Of a stretch of DNA of 59,541 nt, positions 50,262 to 59,541 are shown piece after piece (positions within the stretch are counted from its first letter, which is position 1; the number at the start of each line of letters is the position of its first letter). The position numbers and the translations under genes were made by a program. Source of the stretch: Atractiella rhizophila (lineage: Eukaryota); NCBI GenBank assembly GCA_021432655.1, contig MU271467.1, positions 1 to 59,541 of the forward strand, in the 5' to 3' direction. The notes under the pieces are model-generated. The model did not search any database. It worked only from the letters and a program-made list of their open reading frames with translations, and had not been told where the DNA came from.

Positions 50262-50446
50262 ACGCCGCTCTTTCGGACAAGAGCACCTAAACTTCTTCCT
50301 TACTCAACAGCTTCTGCTTCCGCAGGGATCCAGCTAGCTCATGCATTATTATGATCATACAGTTATTTCGCCCTTCTCGAGAACACCTTTTAGCCAGGTG
50401 CAATGCCGCTGAAGACTTCGCCGTCTTCAGCTTCCTAATTAATCTG

Positions 50447-50868
50447 ACCATTCCAGTTTGACGAATCTCCATTCTCGAATTGGAGTGTCAACTAGTTGAC
50501 ACTTATGCCGCATATGCCTTTCCAATTCCAATCTTTACGCTCTCACGCCTTACGCTCAACTCTGACCCTTGTTCAGACTTAAATGTATCGACATGCTATC
50601 CGGAATATATTTGTACTTTATGGTTACTATGGTATTTGTTTGTAGCTTCTACGTTCTCTCATTTCATTGTTAGTATTCTCTGCTTTATCCCCTCATTCCT
50701 CTCTATGATTGTTAGTAATGTCCTAGTGGATTACGCACTGGACTTACAACGTTACTCCCCTTCTTACTACCCCTCTCTTCTCCACAACCTTCCTGTCCCT
50801 TAAGGGGTTTCATCATAGCTTCGTCATCTGCCCTTGGTACTGAGATGCCTCCTCAGTAGCATAGGTGT
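50447..50868. repeat. Mirror-image copy of the Gypsy LTR at 43730-44148, without the Copia insertion
   Basis: Read backwards it matches tgtggatacgatgactcc...aagcagtttgacct with only a few SNPs and indels, and continues tacca. Confidence 0.93.
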
Positions 50869-53800
50869 AGTACGTTTGCAGTACACTAGACGATTCCAGT
50901 TGCGACGGTTCAGATGTGCTAATCTGTAGGCTAGCTCCATGTTATACTGTTAGCTTCGAACTTTGAGACGCGGTAGTTACTCTGAGCTTTTACGAGTTAT
51001 TTGTTAGAATGTGTCTTACTCTGCTGTTGACCGTCGTACTCCATTCAAGTTGGTATGTTTGAGTCTGTCTAGAGTAATTATAAGTACCGGCACATAGGCT
51101 ATTCTTACGTTAACTGAATAGGTGTCGCGGTCGCATGGGGTCCGGTTTAGGGTCCGCAATAGCTTCGAAGACTCTAGATGGTTCAACAAGAGGTCGTTGT
51201 ATTTCCTAGTTCGAGAATAGAAAGCGAGTTTCTGATTGCCATCTGTACGCCATGCTGCGACTGTAGCGTAGAGTTCCGACGAAGTGTCGAGGCACTCAAG
51301 TTGCTTGAACGACCTGTTTTAGGCTATGCAAGCTGAGGTTTCCTTGACTACGCGCTTGTGAATGTACCGTGCCTAGAGTCATCGCGTCATACTGAGTCTG
51401 ACATTCATTGTAGCCTGGAAGAGGTTAGTGAGGGGTTCATGCCTGCGAACTGACGTTTGCCTTCGTCAAACCCGCGGGTAAATTGTAAAGCTCGACGTAA
51501 CTGTTTTCCTAGCTCTGGCTCCAAACTGAAGAAAGTTGTCGTTAGTCTCCTTATACTGCGTAACTGTTTAAGCTGTCCTGTTGTCGTAGAAAAGTCTGAA
51601 CCCTTCAGTTTTTACGTAGCCGTACTCCGAGTCAGTTGGAAGGAACACAGGGACTTGCCTGGTAGTCGATGTCTTGGGCGTCTTTCAGTTACATCGATAC
51701 GTCTACACACTTTCTGTCACAGACTACGTGCTACGGCAACGGAAATTACCTACGATTCGCTACTGTTACTTCTGAGGTCGTGACTTCTCAGATCCTTAAT
51801 CAGGGGAGGGTTTACTTGAGCTAGTGAACTTGCGGTTCAGTCTTTTTATCGGTGTTCTGCTGATCTTCTGCGGCGGGTTGGCACGGATTCGACTGGTGGA
51901 CCATTGTAGCACGTGTTATATCCCTCGTCTTATTATTGAGTATGCGGCTACAACTCTGACGCTGTTGGAGACAAGTGATGGCGTGGCCTGCTCGAAAAGT
52001 TTGCAAGACAGTAGTGACGATAGCTAATGTCAAGGTCTGTAGGTGGATTCATGTACGAATTAGATTCTTTATCTTGTCGCTTCTACATGGAGGAAGCTTT
52101 GGCGAGGTTCGAAACCAGTGTCTCGAAAGTCTACGGGTTGTCACGCAACTCCCATAGAGGAACTATTTCCACGATTGCACTCGTGCTCAGGTAACTCCAC
52201 GACCTTTAGCCTTTAATGGTCTGATGTTTGCACTGGGAAGGACTCTTGCTCGCTTCAAGACCACCGGCAAAACTACACCCTTCCCGTTCACCCTGTTTCC
52301 CTGTGTAACGCGTAGGCGTAGGACTCGCGAAATACGGGTACCTTATCTACGACTTCTTGCCCTTGTACACGAGTCTTATCTTAGCCTCTTCACGTACTAT
52401 CTTGGCTCTAGTCCGACATCAGGTGTACTTTCCGCTCCGGTCGTAGTTTCTGGCGTAGAAAGCTCGGTATAGTTTTAGTCAGCACGTACTTTGCTACAAC
52501 GCGTGTCTTGCTATCGGCGACTTAGCACCGGCAAGTTTAAAGCGTTGTAACTTGGACAACCAGACCACTATCTACCTCAACTAGTTTTCGATCTTCGACC
52601 TACAGACGTTACGCCGCCTGTTTCACGTACGCAGCTCTTCTGTGCTCGTTTTCGAAGCGTTAACGAGACCTCCTAACAGGTTTCATAGAGGTTAAAGACT
52701 TGCACACTATTCCTTCCCTCTACGGCTACAAGAGTCATAGTTCTAGGCCTTTCCACGGGATACTTTACTTAGCCTCAGAGCCACGAAACACTCAGCTTCT
52801 GCTAGATGGTAACATTACTAGTTTTTAGCCGAGGGAGGTTCTTGGTTTTGCGTAGTGTAGGTGTTGGATCAGAGGGGCAGCGCGGAGAAAGGACTTCGAC
52901 CTTTGAACCAAAGCTACAGAGTGGCTGAGCATCTCGCTACAAGGGGAGAGCGTGGTGTTATAACGACGGGTTGACGTGGTGGGACGCAGGATCGGTATGT
53001 AAGAGGATTGCGAAGCTTGTACTGGGGCCGACAAAGTTCTTTAGACTAGAGACTAAGCGGCATGTACAGTCCTTACGGTCCGTAGACAGAGTCTCCTAGT
53101 CGATGCAACGTTTTTAATGACTTTCTTCGAAGCTAGTTTCTACTTTCTGCTCGCTGCTAAACCTTTCCTGCCGTCCAGTCTCCGACTACGGATTTCTACC
53201 TTTCCTTCTTCCCCTACTCTTCTAAGTAACCCTGTCATGCCCAGTTCAGGCAACTGCCTACAGCTACTTCCGCGACTTCCGTAGTTTGACACGATCTTTC
53301 TCACTCCCTACTTCGCCTTGCCTGTCTAGCTTCAAGAGCTTCTTGTACGAAAGGCTTGGTGGCCAGTTCAGTGAGTCCCGATATTATAGGAGCGAGGGAG
53401 AGCAGCGTTGAGAGAGGCCTGGAAAGGCGCGCATTCCTGCGTTCAGTCTGCTAGTTCAGGACGTTCAATGATTGCGGTAATGTACCGACACTTGTTTACG
53501 TCCCACGAGCTTGCTCCGCTCGTTCGTTCATGTAAAGATTTGCCGATGTGACTAGGCGACAACAGGAAAGACTTCGGTTGTCAAAGGTCGCAGGTGGTGC
53601 GAAGAGGGAAGTCGATTAATCACGGAGGCTACGCAGCTAACACAAAAAAGGTGTCTCAGTCACGAGCTCCGAGAACACCTTAAACAACCTAAATTTAGGA
53701 CGTTCTTGAAGGTTTCAATGAACTTTCGCTCTCTACCCTTCAGAATGTCACATGCAAGCTTGACCAGTCAATCGATTGTTACCCACTTCTACAGCAGAGA

Positions 53801-53999
53801 TGGTTCGAGAGGTTTGGCTCTGAGATGGGAGTGAAGTCGGAAGTGTGAGAGGAGTTTCAGTGGGTACCGAGGTCGAGAGCCATGCACCGTAGTGATTCGG
53901 TTTGCAAAGGATGAAGTTAGTTTTTGAAGAACCTGAGAAGGTTGCTGTCCAGCTGAGTACTTACAAGGGAAGTCGCTATCGAGCGACGTACGAGTGTCC

Positions 54000-55100
54000 C
54001 GAGCTTAAGAAGCTTTCGGTTGCTGCGTCGAGGTCACAAGCGAACTTTAGATTGTTTCAGGTCCTATGTCCGTGTAACCTTGTTTTATCACCTGCGCTCT
54101 CAAGATTGCCTTACTTCCCCTTTCTACCTAGAGGGTCTGCCTGCAACGCTGTTGAATACACCGCAAGCTGTCCACAAGCCATATTTTAACCGTTATCCTG
54201 AACTTTCAGATTCTGTGTTATACAATCACCTCTGGAAGTCTGAGCACTTGTATGTAAGACGTGGATGTTTCTTCGATAGCTACTTACTGGGAAGACCGCG
54301 GGAGCGAGAGGCTTCGTGCACTTCTAGCACCTTAGAATAGTCGTCTCATGCTTTGGCGCGAGATGGAGTTGAGGAGATGTGTCTTACGTTCTGGGCCCAT
54401 GAACAGGAGTTGATCGGGATCGAGCTTTGGTACGAATATCTTCCCTGAGACTTGCCTATTGGCATCTTCTTTCCCTGTAAACTGGCAAGCTCGGGAGTAG
54501 TTTCAGCTGTGTCACTACAGGTTGGAACAAAGTCTTTCCACTAGATTTCCTGGAAGGACCAAACACTGGTTCTTAACGTGAGTTAAAGTCATCTGGTTAA
54601 ACGAGATTCCCTTCGGACGTGGAGTTTCCCTGTCTGCGAGAGAAGCTGCTCTGACGTTTTTGTATCCGAGTCTACAAACGGCGACTGCGTAATAAGCTCG
54701 ATGCCGTCTTGCTAGCTGTCGGGTAGGGTGTTAGAGTCATTTCGCAAGGGCCGTAAAGACGTCGCATTACAGTAAGGGAGAAATCGTATCCAGGTGCGAT
54801 TACGAGCGACTCTATATAGTTTCCGCCGAAGAGGGGAGTTAGTGGGTGTACTGCCTCGTTTGGGCTACGCCGGAAGAGTTAGCACGGTTGAAACGTGATG
54901 GCGGTCAACTATGGCTGGTTCACGCCTAACTGATAGGAAGCAACAAGCTCGACTACCTCCTGGACGTCCCTGTCACCCTCTCAGATTACTTCGATTAAGC
55001 GCTCTCTGCTTTAGTAAGAGCTCTTCAATAGGTATCGCCGAGTGTTCCCAAGCAACGTGAACAGAAACCGACGTGCTATTGTTTAATAACATCCCCTCTT
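54000..55100. pseudogene. Degraded NDUFAF5-like (complex I assembly methyltransferase-fold) gene, visible only in the base-wise complement; limits approximate
   Basis: The complement reads VDTVMSNL, DLPG, MFAADALFELR, STLMLAE..GGFSP and [34 protein letters not shown], with several frameshifts. Confidence 0.7.
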
Positions 55101-56135
55101 GCGCCTGCAAAAGCTAAATGCGTGAACCTCGCTTGCTCCTGTACGTTCTCAACGTTCGTGAGTTATGCCCTCTTCCACCATGTGAGCTGATACCGACCGC
55201 TACTACTACGTCCCGGTCGGGTTGACGCTCGTCCTTAAACTTAGTTTTCGGCTCAGGCGTGAAGTTTCGGTATGCTGAGAACGCTATCCACGGTTGCGAG
55301 TAGCAGGATCTGACTCCCTATTCTGCTTAGTTCGTGGGTCTTGGTGTTGGATCCTTCCAACGTCGGTTTTTTCATACATAGTTCCGGGCCGCGCTCTCCG
55401 TTTTTCGTCTTGGAACTTGCATTCGGTACAAGGAGTTCGTAAGAGATGTCACAGCTCTAGCCGGCTGCATCTATTAGGCTGCGGTTGAGGTTTCGGTGCT
55501 AATGTGTGTTTAGAACAGCTTGTTTTTATCTGTCAGATTCTGGCACTATTCTCTGGTTTAAGGTTTTGCAGCCTTTGAATGCGGCGGTATGAACCATACG
55601 AACGTCGTGTTCGAGTCTGACTCGTTTGCGGATTGGTGTAACTTACTCCCTTTTTACCACTTTTTATGACGTAGTGTCATTACGGGGTAGGATGTCTGAC
55701 CCTCTTGACTCCGACGAAGTGTAGTATAGCCTTGGTCTTTTGCTGTGGTTGTCAGGCGTTGCAGAATTGGTTTTATGTCGGACGCGTTAAACATTGTCCA
55801 AAACAGTCTACCGGGCGGCTTGCTCGAAGCGGTTGTTGAGCAGGTAACCCTTTGCTTCAATGTTACCCCTGGCACTACCTGAGACGGGTTACTCATATAT
55901 TTTCCCGCGTCCGAGGTGACGTAACTTTGTAGCTGTCAGTAGGAGTTTGAGGACACGGTTCGCCTTATGGGACGTAGGTGCCCTCTAGTATGTGAGTGGA
56001 TACTAAGAAGCGCGCGCAACAGCGCCCAGCAGAGTCTCTTGAGGCTTTGAGGCCGCCAGTTTTTAAAGCACTGCTGGTGGCTGGTTCTGTTTCTCCGTCG
56101 GACGCGTGACCGTAGTCGTGTGCGGTCGGTAGCGG

Positions 56136-57600
56136 TACAGCGTAGCGTTGAGAAGGGCGTTCTCAAGGTGCGGGCGGTGGAGGGAGCAGAGAGGGGGCGT
56201 CGCCGGTGGAAGGAGGGAGCGGCCGCCGGCGTTCTGCGGCATGTCCTACAGGGGGCTCGGACACGACGGGCACCTCCTGGGCTCACACCTGATACGAAGC
56301 AAACGGCGCAGCTACCAGCCATGCTCAGAGGGCCTAAGCCTCCACCTACCTAACCCTTACCCACCAAACTGGCCTCCCTACCCTCCCGACCTAACCCTAA
56401 CCTCCCAGCCTTCAGGGGATCTTCACCTGGTCCCTCAGTTCTACTCCAGTGCAGAAGAAACAGGTTCGAAGGGAAACCACGAAGGTGGGCGGTTGCGTGC
56501 GGCAGCTCATCGCTAAGGTCAGGCGGAAGGGAGTTGAGTAGGCAACGAACCTTGTACGGGCCGCCTCGGCGAAGACGCAGTCCTTCCGAAAGCGCGCCGT
56601 GTAGCGGAAGAAAAGGGAGAGGTTCGTTCCACGTTGGGGTCGGAGACCAGGGATTTTATAGAGGTAGCATGTGTTTCCCTCTGACATAGTAGGAAAGCCT
56701 CCTACCTTACGAAAAGGCGCAGATGGCTCGCCTCGACACCTTCTCACGCGGTAACGACCTCCTACAAAGCTACCCACACTCCTAGTTTGTTCCCTACCCC
56801 TTACTGTAGCGGAGGTTACACAACGGTCACCTCCTTAGCCCTTGGTGACACCTTTGGGAATGAGCCAACCTAGTAGCAACCACCCTTCCAGCTCCTTGCC
56901 TTCGGCCTTCTCGAGCCTCCCCGTTAATTTCGACGCTCCCTCACCCCTACGCTATCTCTACACTAACTATGGTACTTTCTCTGCTAACACACGCAGTAGA
57001 GACAAACTAGCAAGAAGCTAGACACCCCACCCGGCAATTATCGTTTCCCCTGTCACGCTACCAGTTCTGAGGAGAGCTACGAAATTTGGATATGTAGGAG
57101 CGGCTGAGAGAGGTTCTGAGTGTGGATGAGAGGGTACGTAGGGCAGAGTGGCAAAGAAAAAGTTGGCTTTGAGGTGACAGGTAGGATCTCAGTTGTGTGG
57201 TAGAGGAGAGAAGAAGGAGGTAGAGAGGAGGGCGCAACTTGCGCGAGACCAGGGATGTGCGTGAGGCGAGGCTGGCGAGTGCCCGGTAGGAGAGGTGGGG
57301 AGAGAGGTTGTAGGGGTAGCCGCTCTGTGCGGGAGTGTTGCCCACGTTCTTGGCCCTTGGGGAGCTCAATATAACCCGTTTCTGCGCCTGACAAAACGAA
57401 CCAGTTGTCCCACGTCGCAAACTTGGCTCCCTGAGCACTCCTTTCGGACCTCTTCCTTCGTGCCCGTAGTGGACGCAGCGAACAATATCTACGAAGGAGG
57501 TATGCCATCTCTACTACCTCGTCCTCACCTCCCTCCACGGCCGAGTCCAATTAAACGCCATAACTCTCTCTTTACCCCTCAAACAAAGCACGTTCAACTG
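56136..57600. CDS. BTB/POZ-domain protein, visible only in the base-wise complement; 3' end approximate
   Basis: The complement has TATATAAAAG at about 55895, ATG at 56136 (MSHRNSSRKSSTP), a GT-AG intron at about 56447-56511, then GDCIILSEDGMLFRVYRAELWKSAPLLEDV..LPVEESGTTVETL. There is one 1-bp frameshift near 56858. Confidence 0.72.
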
Positions 57601-58166
57601 TCACTGCCGCACGACACACAATACAGAACGACGTACTCCAGTCGACAGGACCTAGAACCTACTACTCATTTTCCGAGTTCCTCTTCTCAGTCACGAAACC
57701 AAATGACAAAAACGAGTCGAACCTTGCCAGACGAGCTAATATAATACTGGAAAAAATACCACGACGAAAGGTTTCAGAGCAAGATGCCAGACTCATCAGA
57801 AAAGTCAAGGAGTACAACGCAATTCCACAAAACAGATGAACAGGTGAACGGAGGCAGAGCAGAGGGACGCAGGTAGTTCAAAGAATATATGCAGAGCTAA
57901 GCAAAAAAACAGAGACTATAGACAACGTGGTGCAGGGACGAGACGAATTAGGGCAAACGAACGGACAACTCTTTAGGCAAATACTATGTATGCTATAAGG
58001 ACAGTAATACTATGGACGTCATTACTACTATTACGAATATGGAACTACGGAGGTTGAGAACGAGAGGACTTACCTTTTACATCTAAAGAACTACGGGCTA
58101 CACACTTATGAAAGCTGAGTTTACGCCTGTGAGACCCTCCTTCTCTAGGTCCGTGGCTGCTGGTGG

Positions 58167-58560
58167 TACAGTTGTCCAATAAGGGAGAGGCGGCAACGGA
58201 TGGTGTTCCACGAGGAGGTACGGTGGTTCATACGAGTGTCGCTGTAGACGCCAGAAGAGGATCCTGGAAGTCCTAGCTGGTTGCACCACCTACGGTAAGG
58301 CGAGGACGTGGTAACCTGGCGCGAGAGAGGGTACTACCTCCGCCCAGAACTCGAGCACGCGAGAAGAAGAGGGGCGATCGTATTTATGATTAGAGAAACC
58401 AGCAACCTACAACAACCTTACGTATCCGCCTCCACATACGTTTCTGCTTCCCTACCCTACAAGACCCGAAAATACTTCGAGCTTTCCCGTACCTACTCTT
58501 ATGTTAGTCACCCTGCCCCTTCGTCCGACGAAACCGATAACACTTACGACGTCGCTCCTA
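58167..58560. CDS. EMC8: ER membrane complex subunit 8/9 homologue (UPF0172), 5' part, visible only in the base-wise complement
   Basis: The complement reads MSTGYSLSAVAYHKVLLHATKYAHSDICGLLLG..VVDAIPLLHHWTALSPMMEAGLEL, then a GT-AG intron, then AEVYAKTKGWDVLGFYEA. It is cut off at 58560. Confidence 0.88.
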
Positions 58561-59541
58561 CTTGGGAAGAATTCAAGGCCGCTCTTCTCGAAAAATACGC
58601 TTCTCCTCTTCGATCTGATGAACTCCGTCTGCGTATCAAGGAACTACGATATACTCGTATGGACGACTTCATCGAGAAGTTTCAACGACTAGCGACCCAG
58701 ATTCCAGAGAACGAAATGACCTACCTCGACAAACGAGATCGTTTCCTCGACGCTCTACCCATGGAACTGGCCCATCGAATTCGACTGGAAAGTACCCCGG
58801 ACCTCAAAGCACTCTACTCTGTTGCCCGCAACTTGGCTCGTCTCCTTCAACTCTCTTATGGAAAGAAGAAGGACGAACATCGACACTCCAAGAATTCTCG
58901 AAATCGACGACACACCTTCAACACCTTCTCCTCATCCACCTTCAGCTCCTCCAAGCCAACGACGACTACCACGAGTCTTCCACCAGGAGAACCGATGGAC
59001 TTGGACGTTATCGACGAAGCGACAGCTAGGTGCTTCAATTGTAATAAGATTGGGCACTTAGCTGCGAAATGTCCCTCCCCCCGGCGACAGAACCATTCGT
59101 CCTCTTACTCAAATCGAAATTCGACGAACAGGAATGGAACTGGAGGAAATAATCGACAAACAGGGAGAAGACCTGGAGGTACGAATAGGGTATTTAAGGT
59201 GGAAGGACCGAACGAAAATCTGGAGGAAGAAATAGGAGACTTCAACATTGAAGGAATAGAAGAAGAAGGACTGAACATGATCGAAAGTTATCATGTTCAG
59301 GCGAATTCATCTCTGCCGACTTTCAGAGGAACGTTCGAAGGGCGACCTATCAAGATTCTCATCGATTCAGGTGCCTCTTCGATTTATATTAGCGAACGTT
59401 TCGTGGAACGACATTCCCTCGAAACCATCTACGTCCCTGCACGAACGATTCGATTGGCTTCAGGCAAAGGAGGAAAGGTGGATAGGATTGTGGAAGGGAT
59501 GTTCACGATAGGTCCCCTTTCCCACTCCTTGGCTGCTTACG
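58561..59541 (+). mobile_element. Ty3/Gypsy gag-protease ORF, partial and running off the window end (absent from the ORF track)
   Basis: Reads WEEFKAALLEKY, PMDLD, Zn knuckle CFNCNKIGHLAAKC and protease ILIDSGASSIYIS. The frame is open to 59541. Confidence 0.93.

Larger units (their letters stand above)
49880..58560. other. Mirror-reversed (reversed, not complemented) 8.7-kb block; probable assembly artefact
   Basis: No credible genes on either normal strand. The backwards reading gives Gypsy LTR and gag, and the base-wise complement gives EMC8/9, BTB and NDUFAF5-like genes with GT-AG introns. Confidence 0.95.

Noticed and set aside
56349..56403. Telomere-like CCTAACCCTAACC
   Set aside because: It is the complement of GATTGGGATTGG coding sequence (DWDW and Gly-rich) in the hidden BTB gene.
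49880..58560. ORFs listed in the six-frame track across this block
   Set aside because: They are spurious; the meaningful text is in the reversed or complemented reading.

Overview
Intron-rich fungal, most likely basidiomycete, genomic DNA. Bases 1-43.7 kb hold about 15 spliced genes: two tandem LanC-like (LanCL) paralogues, two tandem RTA1-family paralogues, a LIM/paxillin-like gene head-to-head with a Zn2Cys6 transcription factor, GH38 alpha-mannosidase, a type-B carboxylesterase, an arrestin-like protein with a duplicated Cys/His motif, a frameshifted F-box-like gene, a Gfo/Idh/MocA oxidoreductase, an FAD oxidoreductase, a TAP-like hydrolase, the dynamin Vps1 and a weak F-box-like gene. 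From 43.7 kb an intact, young Ty1/Copia element is inserted into the LTR of a Ty3/Gypsy element. After a 25-N gap, 49880-58560 is written as a mirror image (reversed but not complemented), so it is meaningless on both normal strands. Read backwards it gives a second copy of the Gypsy LTR and the gag N-terminus, which joins in frame to the gag-protease ORF resuming at 58561. Its base-by-base complement gives EMC8/9, BTB-domain and NDUFAF5-like genes. This block is almost certainly an assembly or gap-fill artefact taken from another locus, not biology. The best candidate for new biology is the cluster of divergent tandem LanCL and tandem RTA1 genes. Exon boundaries were read by eye and are approximate; no database searches were run.
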